Origin: Paracoccaceae bacterium | Lineage (GTDB): Bacteria; Pseudomonadota; Alphaproteobacteria; Rhodobacterales; Rhodobacteraceae | Length of the DNA stretch: 64,000 nt | Assembly (NCBI GenBank): GCA_045565015.1 | Contig: JBJLGD010000036.1 | Span: forward strand, 82-64,081 | Direction: 5' to 3' | Shown here: positions 19,750-29,685 of the stretch, piece by piece | Position numbering within the stretch: the first letter of the stretch is position 1 | Layout: every line of letters begins with the position of its first letter | The notes under the pieces: model-generated | What the model was told of the DNA's origin: nothing | The model's input: the letters and a program-made list of their open reading frames with translations, nothing else | The model's database searches: none | Translations under genes and position numbers: made by a program

Positions 19750-21225
19750 TCAACGCATTACAAATGGATTAGCTGTTGTTGTTTCTTGAGCAATCCAAAC
19801 CGATTTAACTTGTAAAAATTCTTTAATTGCCTCTTTACCACTTTCTCTTCCCTCTCCACTTCGCTTATATCCTCCAAAGGGCGAAGTGAAACTAACAGCT
19901 CTATAGGTGTTTACCCAAATGGTCCCTGCACGTAATTTCTCTGACATTCTTAAAGCACGTCCAATATCATTAGTCCAAACCCCTGCAGCTAATCCAAAAT
20001 CAATATCATTTCCAATTTTAATAGCCTCTTCTTCATCATTAAACGGTATAACAGAGAGTATTGGACCAAAAACCTCCTCTTGAGCAATACGCATCTGATT
20101 ATTCACCCCCGTAAAAATAGTAGGCTCAATAAATTGATTTCCCTTTGATCCAGGGCCCTTGTAAGCTTTCCCACCGAGGACACATGTGGCTTTCTCTTTA
20201 ATTGCTATATCAATATATTCCATTATTTTTTCGTATTGAGGCCTCGTAGTTACTGGACCTACATGGGTTTCTAACGACATTGGGTCTCCAATATTTGCAT
20301 CTTTTGCAACTTCGACTAGTCTATTGACAAATTTGTCGTGAATTGATTTTTGGACGAGCAATCTGGAACCCGCTATGCACGTTTGACCTGTCGCTGCAAA
20401 AATTCCTGAAATTGCTCCCATAACTGACGCTTCAAAATCTGCATCTTCAAAAACGATATTGGGTGATTTTCCGCCAAGCTCCAATGTCACTGGCATAATC
20501 TTTTTAGCAGCAGCTTCGTATATTTTTTGACCTGAAATATCTGAACCGGTAAATGCTATTTTATCCACTTCAGGATGATCAACTAAGGGTGCACCTACTT
20601 CAATCCCAAACCCCGTAACTGTGTTTACCACACCTTTTGGAAAACCTGCCTCTTCAATTAAGTTCATGAATTCTAACGTAGAAGCCGAGGTAAACTCTGA
20701 CGGCTTGATAACGGCTGTATTTCCTGCAGCCAATGCTGGTGCTAATTTCCAAGCTAGTAGTAATAAGGGGGAGTTCCAAGGAGTAATCATACCAACTACA
20801 CCTAAAGGCTCATACTTGGTAAAGTTAAATATACCTGGTTTATCGGAAGGAATAACAGACCCTTCTATTTTATCTGCCAATCCACCATAATATCTATACC
20901 ATTCTGCTAGATACTTAGTCTGACCACCCATCTCAGCTATTAATTTTCCATTATCCCTAACTTCAATTTCACCTAATTTTTTGGCGTCTCTCTCCACCAA
21001 GCTAGCAAGTTTTGTAAGCAATTTACCTCTTTCAGTAGCCTTAACCTGACCCCATGCACCCTCAAAAGCACACCTTGCTGCTCTAACCGCCTTGTCTATA
21101 TCATCAAAGTTTCCTCTAGAAATTTTTGCCCAAACTTCACCTGTATAAGGATTTTCAGTTTCAAAAAACTTATTTGAACAAGATTTCGTCCAGCAGCCAT
21201 CGATGTAAAGCTCATAAGATTTCAT
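19750..21225 (-). CDS. NAD(P)-dependent aldehyde dehydrogenase
   Basis: 491 aa with the ELGGKSP and FAATGQTCIAGSR (catalytic Cys) ALDH signatures. Confidence 0.85.
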   Translation of the reverse strand: MKSYELYIDGCWTKSCSNKFFETENPYTGEVWAKISRGNFDDIDKAVRAARCAFEGAWGQVKATERGKLLTKLASLVERDAKKLGEIEVRDNGKLIAEMGGQTKYLAEWYRYYGGLADKIEGSVIPSDKPGIFNFTKYEPLGVVGMITPWNSPLLLLAWKLAPALAAGNTAVIKPSEFTSASTLEFMNLIEEAGFPKGVVNTVTGFGIEVGAPLVDHPEVDKIAFTGSDISGQKIYEAAAKKIMPVTLELGGKSPNIVFEDADFEASVMGAISGIFAATGQTCIAGSRLLVQKSIHDKFVNRLVEVAKDANIGDPMSLETHVGPVTTRPQYEKIMEYIDIAIKEKATCVLGGKAYKGPGSKGNQFIEPTIFTGVNNQMRIAQEEVFGPILSVIPFNDEEEAIKIGNDIDFGLAAGVWTNDIGRALRMSEKLRAGTIWVNTYRAVSFTSPFGGYKRSGEGRESGKEAIKEFLQVKSVWIAQETTTANPFVMR

Positions 21226-21265
21226 TTTATCCTCCTTAAAAATACGCTTTGATAATATTGGAACA

Positions 21266-22327
21266 TTATGGTTCTAAAATAACCCTTCCGGTTACATTTC
21301 CATGTTCAAGATCCTTCATAGCACTATTTATTTCTGCTAACGGACGTTTATTAATAGGAATCTCTTTTATTTTTCCTGCTCTATACATCTCAATCAGTGC
21401 CTTTAACTGAGGTGTGTTCCCCACGTGACTACCTCGTACAGTCATTGCTTTCTGTGGCAACCATACTTGAGGCATGGTAAAATCACCGCCATAGAGACCG
21501 ACGGTTACGTAACGACCTGACTTTGTTAAAGAATTAATTGCTAATTCAACTGTATCTTTACTTCCAAAGGTATCAAGTACCCCGAATACTTTTCCATCGC
21601 ACAGTTCTATTAATGAATTTATAGGTTCATTTAATTTAGAATTTAATATCCTATCAGCACCTATTTCCAAAGCTGCCTTTAACTTTTCATTATCTATATC
21701 AACTGCTGCAACATTCTTGTAACCCATCCCTTTTGCAATCGAAATCGCATTAAGGCCAAGACCACCAGCACCCAAAATAACTAACCACTCGTCTTGACGT
21801 AGTGGCCCTACCTTACTCAACCCATTAAACACAGTTAAACCCGAGCACGCGAATGGAGCAACCTTCGCAGGATCTAAACCGGTTATGTCAAAAACAAATT
21901 TTTCATCTTGAATTAATACGTGACTGGCAAACCCACCATTTTGATTGAGACCAATTATGTTCATTGAAGTACAATCACTTTCCCTTTCTTCATCGCACGC
22001 TAAACAATTTCCACACCCTATCCAGGGGAAAACTATAATTGATTGGCCAATACTGACATTACTCACTTCTGATCCAACTCGAACAACTTCTCCAGCTATC
22101 TCATGACCAATGGTAACTGGCAGTTTTGCCCCCCGTTCCTTCATTGAAAAGGTACCTTTTTCCCCTAAATCGAAGGAACCTTTTTGAATATGTAAATCGG
22201 AATGGCATAAACCTGAAGCTATAACTTTTATTAATACCTGTTTTCCAATTGGATCACTAATTTCTCTCTTACGTAACTGAAACGGCTTTCCCCACTCAAT
22301 AATATCGTAACTAAAACAATCATGCAT
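21266..22327 (-). CDS. zinc-dependent alcohol dehydrogenase family protein
   Basis: 353 aa with GLCHSDLH, GHEIAGEV and the structural-zinc cluster GCGNCLACDEERESDC, plus LGAGGLG. Confidence 0.8.
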   Translation of the reverse strand: MHDCFSYDIIEWGKPFQLRKREISDPIGKQVLIKVIASGLCHSDLHIQKGSFDLGEKGTFSMKERGAKLPVTIGHEIAGEVVRVGSEVSNVSIGQSIIVFPWIGCGNCLACDEERESDCTSMNIIGLNQNGGFASHVLIQDEKFVFDITGLDPAKVAPFACSGLTVFNGLSKVGPLRQDEWLVILGAGGLGLNAISIAKGMGYKNVAAVDIDNEKLKAALEIGADRILNSKLNEPINSLIELCDGKVFGVLDTFGSKDTVELAINSLTKSGRYVTVGLYGGDFTMPQVWLPQKAMTVRGSHVGNTPQLKALIEMYRAGKIKEIPINKRPLAEINSAMKDLEHGNVTGRVILEP

Positions 22328-22392
22328 CTTGCATCTACTCCCTACAGCCTGAGGCTCACAAACTTTTATTTAACATCCCGTGTATTCTTAAA

Positions 22393-23040
22393 TTAATTGT
22401 TTAATGCAATTTCTTTAAATAAACTCAAAAAAGGTACAAAAATAAATCCTATCAAAAATCCCCCTAAATGAGCCTCCCAAGCTAAACCGCCCTTTAATAC
22501 AAAAGCAATAAGAATATTACCTATTATTAAAGCACCAATCGTAAAGAAAAAGTGTTGTAAGGGCTCTTTTCTACTTAATCGCGAAGATAAATCATAATAC
22601 TGCCAAACTCCAATAAAACCAAAAACAGCTCCTGAAGCACCAATCATTGGTGAGGCCGATTTAGAAAGGAAGTAAAATACTAATCCACCACTAATTGACG
22701 AAGTAAAAAACAATAAAACCGTAATTAAATTTCCTAACTTGTACGAAATCATTTTTCCTAACGATAATAAAACCACCGAGTTTAATAAAAAGTGTAAAAA
22801 GTTACCATGGATAAACGCATATGTAATAAACATGATATACTTTTGACTGCCATAGATACCCATTAGATCATTGGTAATTAACGGTGGCCAAAAGGCGCCT
22901 AACATTAAAAACAGTTGTCTTAAATTTAAAGTAGAAAGCAAACCAAATTCAGAAACTTGGCTAGCAATTTCAATTATACCGAAAATAGCTATTAACACTA
23001 TTAACGGTATAGGTAGTTTTTCGGTATTGAAAACATTCAT
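22393..23040 (-). CDS. rhomboid family intramembrane serine protease
   Basis: 215 aa and polytopic. GASGAVFG (catalytic Ser) and AHLGGFLIG (catalytic His) motifs, plus HGNFLHFLLN. Confidence 0.7.
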   Translation of the reverse strand: MNVFNTEKLPIPLIVLIAIFGIIEIASQVSEFGLLSTLNLRQLFLMLGAFWPPLITNDLMGIYGSQKYIMFITYAFIHGNFLHFLLNSVVLLSLGKMISYKLGNLITVLLFFTSSISGGLVFYFLSKSASPMIGASGAVFGFIGVWQYYDLSSRLSRKEPLQHFFFTIGALIIGNILIAFVLKGGLAWEAHLGGFLIGFIFVPFLSLFKEIALNN

Positions 23041-23100
23041 ATTAAAACCAAGTAATTCCTGACAAATCCAGGCTGTAGAAAAATTTAAAGTTAATAAATG

Positions 23101-24597
23101 TCATGATAAAAATCTCTCTAGTCGTAGCCGCATACTATTCGATTGACTTTCATCTAATAGCCCTTTTGTAATTTTTTTTCCAAGCTCTACACCCCATTGA
23201 TCAAAGCTATTTATTCCCCATATTAAACCAGACGAAATTGTGATATTTTCATATAGAGCAATTAAACTACCCATATTATACGGATTTGATTTGTTCCAAG
23301 AAATTAGTGATGACGGTCGGTTTCCAAGAAAATTTCTATGTGGTTCAGTCAAATTTTCTTTTCCAAACGCCAGAGCTTCAGCTTGACCTAAGGCGTTAGC
23401 CACTAAAATTTTATGACCCTCAACATATTTGCTGTCTGCATCAAATCTTGCGGGTAACTTTGGAACAAGAATGTCAACAGGTACAATATCTTTACCTTGA
23501 TGTAAAAACTGGAAAAAACTATGTTGAGCATCAGTGCCAACCTCTCCCCAAATCAAAGGGCTAGCAGGCATACTTAAAATGTTACCGTCTAAGTCCACCC
23601 CTTTACCATTACTTTCCATCTCCAATTGTTGGACATAGCGAGGGAAATTTCTTAATCCATACTCATATGGTATAATTGCATGCGAAGCGTAATTAAGAAA
23701 GTTTCTGTTCCACACCCTCAACAAGCTCATTATTACAGGAACATTTCTGATAAGATCTTCGGACCTAAAGTGGTTGTCAACAATAAAACCTCCATCTACA
23801 AAATTTTGAAAATTTTTCACTCCAATAGCCAACATTAATGGTAAACCTGATGGAGACCAAACAGAAAAACGTCCTCCCACCCCCTCATCGAAATCAAAAA
23901 TATTATCTTCGCTGACACCCCACGTAGTCGCAGCAGCTTTTGAAGCCGTAACAGCATAGATGAATTCTTTCTCTTCTTGATTATTCTTTTTTAACCATTG
24001 CCATACCAACCTGGCATTATTAAGAACTTCTGTAGTCTTAAAGCTCTTTGAATTAATTATAAAAATTGTGTTCTTAGGTTGGCAGTTGTTGAGAATATCA
24101 CTCATTGAAGAGGGATCAACACTAGAAGCGAAATGGATATTTGGTCCATCACAATAATATTTTAGTGCAGATTCAACTGTTTTTGATCCCAAATGGGACC
24201 CACCAATTCCAATATTAACAACATCTAGAATTTCTCTATTATTTCTGATCTTTTTAACAAATGCCTTTAACTTGAGCCACGATGCCGTATTCTTTCTCGA
24301 GGTATTACGGAGATTGAAGTGGGTTATGGGTCTGTTCTCACTTTTATTTAAATAGATCCCATCCATTAGCTCGTTTATTTTTATATTAATTTCTGCGCAG
24401 TTAGCCATCTTAATTAACTGTGACAAAACACTTGTTGTTAATAACTGTCTTGATAAATCAACTGTAATCCCACCAATCTCATAATTTAACTCTATAACAC
24501 GATTACTATCGCTTAAGAGTTTAGAAATACTTAACTTAGATATTTTTTTTGCTAAAGTTTTAAGAATGGGCGTGCTTGGATTTTGTGATAACTGCAT
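23101..24597 (-). CDS. pgi: glucose-6-phosphate isomerase
   Basis: 498 aa with IGIGGSHLG, GGRFSVWS and ESNGK motifs of PGI. Confidence 0.85.
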   Translation of the reverse strand: MQLSQNPSTPILKTLAKKISKLSISKLLSDSNRVIELNYEIGGITVDLSRQLLTTSVLSQLIKMANCAEINIKINELMDGIYLNKSENRPITHFNLRNTSRKNTASWLKLKAFVKKIRNNREILDVVNIGIGGSHLGSKTVESALKYYCDGPNIHFASSVDPSSMSDILNNCQPKNTIFIINSKSFKTTEVLNNARLVWQWLKKNNQEEKEFIYAVTASKAAATTWGVSEDNIFDFDEGVGGRFSVWSPSGLPLMLAIGVKNFQNFVDGGFIVDNHFRSEDLIRNVPVIMSLLRVWNRNFLNYASHAIIPYEYGLRNFPRYVQQLEMESNGKGVDLDGNILSMPASPLIWGEVGTDAQHSFFQFLHQGKDIVPVDILVPKLPARFDADSKYVEGHKILVANALGQAEALAFGKENLTEPHRNFLGNRPSSLISWNKSNPYNMGSLIALYENITISSGLIWGINSFDQWGVELGKKITKGLLDESQSNSMRLRLERFLS

Positions 24598-24731
24598 CTA
24601 AATAAACCCATTCAACATTTGTTATAAAAAAAACTTAATAATTATAGATGATATAGAATTGCAGATCGTATAACGTTATTATTATATTAAAGCAAAACAA
24701 CTTTTTTATTAACAAAATAAAGGCACGGCTT

Positions 24732-25685
24732 GTGAACCAAACAAATAAAGATTTGACAGATGTGACTGTATTAGGAATTTTTGTTGCTGATACTACTTAT
24801 ATTGCAAATCGGATGCCAAAGATTGGAGAAACACTTATTGGCAGCTCTTTTAATCTTGGCCCTGGTGGTAAAGGGTCTAATCAGGCAGTAGCTGCCTCAA
24901 AAAGTGGTGCAAAGACACGTTTTATAACCAAAATGGGAAATGATACTTTTTCTAGAATGGGTTTGAATATATGGAAAAGTTCTAATGTCATACCAGAAAT
25001 TGAAATTTCCGAAACTAAACCTACCGGATCAGCTTGTATATTTCTAAATGAGTCATCTGGAGAAAATGCAATTATTGTTTGTCCTGGTGCTGCAGAAGAA
25101 ATTTCTTCTAATTTTGTCTTTCAAAAGGAACATATTATTTCAAATTCAAAGGTTTTCATAACTCAACTTGAACAACCTCTTGAGGCTGCAATAACAGCTT
25201 TAACGTTAGCCAAAAAGCACAAAGTTTTGACAATACTTAATCCAGCGCCAACCCCAAATACACCCTTACCGGAGAACTTGTATCCATTATGTGATTTTAT
25301 AACACCAAATGAAACTGAAGCGGAACACTTAACGGGAATAAGAGTTGATTCAGAGGCCAGTGCAAAAGTTGCTGCAAAATGGCTTGAGTCTAGGGGAGCA
25401 AAGAACATTGCAATTACATTAGGTGATAAGGGTGTTTATTTTCACAACTCCATAATTTCAAGAATAATTCCCGCATTTAAAGTCAAAAAAGTACTAGAAA
25501 CAACGGGAGCAGGCGATGCATTTAATGGAAGCTTGGCAGCCGCTCTTTCTCGAGGAGAAACTTATGTTGACTCAGTTTTAATAGGGTGTGCAACAGCGTC
25601 AATATCAGTAACTCGATATGGCACTTCAGAGGCTATGCCAAGTTTAGAAGAGGTTCAGAAGTTAATTGAAAGTAAAAATAATTAA
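24732..25685 (+). CDS. rbsK: ribokinase / PfkB-family sugar kinase
   Basis: 317 aa with GPGGKGSNQAVA and TGAGDAFNGSLA PfkB signatures. GTG start. Confidence 0.7.
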   Translation: MNQTNKDLTDVTVLGIFVADTTYIANRMPKIGETLIGSSFNLGPGGKGSNQAVAASKSGAKTRFITKMGNDTFSRMGLNIWKSSNVIPEIEISETKPTGSACIFLNESSGENAIIVCPGAAEEISSNFVFQKEHIISNSKVFITQLEQPLEAAITALTLAKKHKVLTILNPAPTPNTPLPENLYPLCDFITPNETEAEHLTGIRVDSEASAKVAAKWLESRGAKNIAITLGDKGVYFHNSIISRIIPAFKVKKVLETTGAGDAFNGSLAAALSRGETYVDSVLIGCATASISVTRYGTSEAMPSLEEVQKLIESKNN

Positions 25686-25821
25686 TTAAAAACTCGTATT
25701 TTACTTTAATGAAATCAATTTACAGATCATTATTTATTAACTAATAACCCAAATTAATTTTTGTTGTAAATTTTACGTACAATGACAAAGATAATAATAT
25801 TATTTTATAGTTAGGAAAAAA

Positions 25822-27177
25822 ATGAATTCTGTAGTCTGTGGTCCAGGATATGCAACTCCCGCTGAAGCTATGACCGCTCCCATTGAAAAAATCCTTTACA
25901 CAATAGCAATCTATACTGGTACTGGCATTCAAAAACCTGATTATCTTTGTACAATTGACGCAGATCCTAAGAGCGAGACCTATTCAAAAGTTATTTCTAG
26001 GTTAGAAATGCCAGGGATTGGGGATGAACTCCATCATATGGGATGGAACGCATGCTCATCTTGTCACGGAGATCAGGATAAAGAGCGGAAGTATCTCATT
26101 GTACCAGGAGTCAGATCATCAAACCTACATATTATTGATTGTGTTACAGATCCCAGAAAACCATCTCTTTTCAAGGTAATACAAGGTAGTGAAATTAAAC
26201 AAAAAACTAATCTATCTGCACCACACACTATACATTGCCTCGGCTCAGAAATAATTATTTCGATGTTAGGCGATGCTAAAGGTAATGCTCCTGGCGGTTA
26301 TTTACACTTGAATGAAAACTTTGAGATTTTAGGTCGTTGGGAAAACTCAATGGGCGATATAAAATTTGGGTATGATTTTTGGTATCAGCCCCGTCACAAT
26401 GTAATGGTTAGCTCCGAATGGGCTGCTCCTAACACTTTTATGCCAGGATTTGATTTAGAAGAGGTAGGCCATTTAAAATACGGCCGTGAATTACATTTTT
26501 GGGACTTTAAAAAGAAAGAGCCCGTGGAAAGCATGTATCTTGGCGAGGATGGTCTTGTGCCACTTGAAGTACGGTTTCATCATAATCCTAACAGTTCTCA
26601 CGGTTTTGTAGGAGCAGCACTAAGCGCAAACATAATTCATTGGTGGAAAGATGATAAAGGAAGTTGGCAATGGGAAAAGATTGTTGATGTTGAGAATGAA
26701 CCCCACCCAGAATGGCCTATACCGATCCCTGGTGTAATATCTGTGATACTCTTATCTATGAATGATAAATTTTTATATCTATGCAACTGGCTGCATGGTG
26801 ATATTAGGCAATATGACATATCAGACCCCCACAATGCTAAATTGACTGGTCAAGTTTGGATGGGAGGTCTTCTCGATCGTGCTCCCGTTGTAAACGGTGT
26901 TAAAGTTACCGGCGGACCTCAAATGATCCAATTGTCTCTTGACGGTAAGCGACTTTACGTAACCACATCGTTATTTAGCACATGGGATAATCAATTTTAT
27001 CCAGAAATTAGAACTAACGGTGGGTGTATGTTGATGGTCAACTGCGATTCAGAAAACGGTGGCATGGAAATAGACCCAAATTTTGTTATAGATTTTGGAA
27101 AAGAACCCAATGGACCAAGCCGCTGTCATGAGACCCGTTATCCAGGTGGTGATTGTACCAGCGATATTTGGTTATGA
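25822..27177 (+). CDS. selenium-binding protein (SBP56) family, methanethiol-oxidase-like
   Basis: 451 aa. The N-terminal CGPGYATPAEAM and ELHHMGWNACSSCHGD are near-identical to the conserved blocks of eukaryotic SELENBP1. No signal peptide. Confidence 0.85.
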   Translation: MNSVVCGPGYATPAEAMTAPIEKILYTIAIYTGTGIQKPDYLCTIDADPKSETYSKVISRLEMPGIGDELHHMGWNACSSCHGDQDKERKYLIVPGVRSSNLHIIDCVTDPRKPSLFKVIQGSEIKQKTNLSAPHTIHCLGSEIIISMLGDAKGNAPGGYLHLNENFEILGRWENSMGDIKFGYDFWYQPRHNVMVSSEWAAPNTFMPGFDLEEVGHLKYGRELHFWDFKKKEPVESMYLGEDGLVPLEVRFHHNPNSSHGFVGAALSANIIHWWKDDKGSWQWEKIVDVENEPHPEWPIPIPGVISVILLSMNDKFLYLCNWLHGDIRQYDISDPHNAKLTGQVWMGGLLDRAPVVNGVKVTGGPQMIQLSLDGKRLYVTTSLFSTWDNQFYPEIRTNGGCMLMVNCDSENGGMEIDPNFVIDFGKEPNGPSRCHETRYPGGDCTSDIWL

Positions 27178-27542
27178 TAAAAGAAATCACAATAGCTAAT
27201 CGGTCAGACGCAATCTATAAAGTCGATCAACGCAAACCGTTATTGGACTCTCTTCGAGCTCAAGGGGTTGATCTACCATATGGGTGCAAGTACGGCGGAT
27301 GTATAACTTGCGCGGCAAAACTAATTAAGGGAACAGTTAATCAAAATGCACAAGTTGCCTTAAATAATCGTCAGATAAATGATGGTTATGTTATTTTATG
27401 TGTTGCGAGACCAATTACTAACTGCACTTTAGAGATTGGCGTCGAAAGTCACAATAAGTTATATCGAAACCCCTTTTTAGAACCTCTTGAAGACTATGAG
27501 TTGAAAGCTGATATAGCTACAACAAAGAAAGAAAAGAAATGA
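27174..27542 (+). CDS. plant-type [2Fe-2S] ferredoxin
   Basis: C-x4-C-x2-C (GCKYGGCITC) plus a distal Cys (ILCVARP). ATG 27174 overlaps the SBP56 TGA (ATGA). The ORF track starts 21 nt earlier at 27153. Confidence 0.8.
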   Translation: MIKEITIANRSDAIYKVDQRKPLLDSLRAQGVDLPYGCKYGGCITCAAKLIKGTVNQNAQVALNNRQINDGYVILCVARPITNCTLEIGVESHNKLYRNPFLEPLEDYELKADIATTKKEKK

Positions 27543-27997
27543 AACTTATGAATCATGATAAACCATATCCAGAGGAATATTTACAAAATATTTTGAGCAC
27601 AGTTAAAACTATTGCGATGGTTGGAGCTAGCCCAGATAAAACGAAGTTTAGCTATGGAGTTTTAAGAGTTTTGCATGAAACTGGTTACAACATGATTCCT
27701 GTTAACCCTAAAAAAGGCTTATCAGAAATTAGAGGAATAAAAGTGTACCCCAGTCTAGAGGCAATTGACCAAAAAGTAGATATGGTTGAAGTTTTCCGTC
27801 GTCCAGAAGATCTACTTGAGATTGCTCATCAGGCTATTGATATTGGTGCAAATGTTTTGTGGGGACAAATTGGTGTAATCAACAAAGAGGCAGCGCAGGT
27901 AGCGGAAAAAGCTGGATTATCAGTTGTAATGAACAGATGTCCTAAAATTGAGCTATTTAGACCATTTTGGAAGCCGAAATTACACTTAAAAATTTAA
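27539..27997 (+). CDS. CoA-binding domain protein (YccU/YneT family)
   Basis: 152 aa. IAMVGASPDKTKFSY ... IPVNPK is typical of the CoA-binding family. The start overlaps the ferredoxin stop (ATGA). Confidence 0.7.
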   Translation: MKLMNHDKPYPEEYLQNILSTVKTIAMVGASPDKTKFSYGVLRVLHETGYNMIPVNPKKGLSEIRGIKVYPSLEAIDQKVDMVEVFRRPEDLLEIAHQAIDIGANVLWGQIGVINKEAAQVAEKAGLSVVMNRCPKIELFRPFWKPKLHLKI

Positions 27998-28003
27998 GAA
28001 CGT

Positions 28004-28804
28004 TTAGTTAAAGTGGCACCCCACTGTACCGAAGTCAAAAAAATCTGCAAAAATCTGGCTTCCAGATGGTGCTTCAATCGCTCTTATAAAAGAGCCTGAT
28101 AGTATTATTTGTCCAGCTTCTATTCTTTGCCCATATATAGCCATTCGTTCTGCCAACCAAACGATTCCCATTATTGGGTCATTCAGCACCCCTGCCCCAA
28201 GACCAGTTTCCTCAACTTCACCATTTCGGCTAACGACAGCACCTATTTTCCTGAGGTCGACATTTTTAATATTATGCTTTTCATCTCCTAGTATCACCCC
28301 GGCATTGGCAGCATTATCAGAAATGGTGTCTACAATTATTCTTGCTTTTCCTGTTTCTGGATCAGTTCTCAGGATACGGGTATCAAGAACTTCTAGTGAT
28401 GGCGAGACATAGTCAGTAGCATCTATTACATTCTGACGGGTTACTTTGCCAAATAGACTGGATTTCATAACAAATGCTATTTCCGCTTCAATCCGTGGTT
28501 GAATAAAATAACCACCTGATATTACAGTATTATTTTTGAATTGCATACTATCTGTTAACACACCACTATCTGGAGTATTAATGTTTAAAGCGTATTGCAT
28601 CGCCTTTGACGTTAATCCTATCTTCCAACCTATAATTTTTTGACCTTTAGAAATTTTTTTATTAATCCAAGCCTCCTGAATTGCGTAGGCATCATCCATT
28701 GTCATTTTTGGATATCGAATTGACAAAAGTCCCATTTGAACTCGGTTGACCTCGGCGTCCTCCAAATTATTTGCTGCTTCCAGGATTTCCTTATCGTTCA
28801 TCAT
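28004..28804 (-). CDS. hpaH: 2-oxo-hept-3-ene-1,7-dioate hydratase
   Basis: 266 aa, 2-keto-4-pentenoate hydratase/HpcG family (same length as HpcG). It is the last gene of the hpa cluster, and its start overlaps the upstream stop by 4 nt. Confidence 0.7.
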   Translation of the reverse strand: MMNDKEILEAANNLEDAEVNRVQMGLLSIRYPKMTMDDAYAIQEAWINKKISKGQKIIGWKIGLTSKAMQYALNINTPDSGVLTDSMQFKNNTVISGGYFIQPRIEAEIAFVMKSSLFGKVTRQNVIDATDYVSPSLEVLDTRILRTDPETGKARIIVDTISDNAANAGVILGDEKHNIKNVDLRKIGAVVSRNGEVEETGLGAGVLNDPIMGIVWLAERMAIYGQRIEAGQIILSGSFIRAIEAPSGSQIFADFFDFGTVGCHFN

Positions 28805-29685
28805 GATATCACCTCATCCACAACAGAGTTAGATAACACCCCAATACCCTCGGCTTCCACCTCAATTTTATCACCTGGTTTTAACCATTTTGGGGGATCA
28901 AAACGTGCTCCTGCCCCAACTGGCGTTCCACACACTATAACATCACCTGGAACCAAAACTGTAAACGTTGAGACATAAGCAATAATTTTTCTGAAAGAAA
29001 AAATCATTCGACTTGTATTATCTTTCTGTCTGACTTCACCATTTACTCGAGTTTCTAATTCTATTCCGTCAATTTGATTAGAGTCTAAAAATGGAACAAC
29101 CCAAGGGCCCATAGACCCTGAGCTTTCAAAATTCTTGCCTTGAGTCACATTGAACTTAGCATGTCTCACCCAATCCCTTAATGTTCCTTCGTTGCATAAA
29201 GTTAATCCAGCGATATGATCATACGCAGATCCTTCAGGAATTCTACGACCACCTTTTCCAATGATAATGGTAACTTCCCCCTCATAATCGAGCATCTTAC
29301 TTTCCAGTGGTCTGATTATATTTTCCTGATGGCCTACAAATGAGCCTGGAAATCTAATAAATAACGAAGGGTTTAATGGTGCATCACTTCCATCTTTATA
29401 CTCTTCATTTCTAGCAGGATAATTAACCCCAACACAGATTATTTTTTCAGGAAACGGTATTGGTATATCATAACGGAATTCATTATTATAAAAGTCAGTT
29501 AGCGAATTTTTCTCGTTTCTTGCTAAACTCGCCAACTTACCGGCTTCGATAACTTGCCTTAAGTTAGTATACTCTGGGAATTTAACACTTAAATCTACTA
29601 TTCCAGAATCCACAACAATACCATAACGTTGAAGTCCGTCAGCAGTAAATGTCACAATACGTTCTTTTTCGAAGTTACTCATCAT
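28801..29685 (-). CDS. hpaG: fumarylacetoacetate-hydrolase-family enzyme (HpaG/HpcE-like decarboxylase/isomerase, single domain)
   Basis: 294 aa with an FAH fold (DYEGEVTIIIGKGG, GDVIVCGTPVG). The assignment relies on its position between hpaD and hpaH. Confidence 0.7.
   Translation of the reverse strand: MMSNFEKERIVTFTADGLQRYGIVVDSGIVDLSVKFPEYTNLRQVIEAGKLASLARNEKNSLTDFYNNEFRYDIPIPFPEKIICVGVNYPARNEEYKDGSDAPLNPSLFIRFPGSFVGHQENIIRPLESKMLDYEGEVTIIIGKGGRRIPEGSAYDHIAGLTLCNEGTLRDWVRHAKFNVTQGKNFESSGSMGPWVVPFLDSNQIDGIELETRVNGEVRQKDNTSRMIFSFRKIIAYVSTFTVLVPGDVIVCGTPVGAGARFDPPKWLKPGDKIEVEAEGIGVLSNSVVDEVIS

Noticed and set aside
25765-25777. Palindrome GTAAA-T-TTTAC about 50 nt upstream of the SBP56 gene, considered as a candidate operator.
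   Set aside because: It is an 11-nt AT-only palindrome in an AT-rich leader, which is expected by chance, and there is no adjacent regulator gene to link it to.
25822-27177. Selenocysteine or stop-codon recoding in the selenium-binding-protein homologue.
   Set aside because: The ORF is uninterrupted with no in-frame TGA. SBP56 proteins bind selenium post-translationally and are not selenoproteins.
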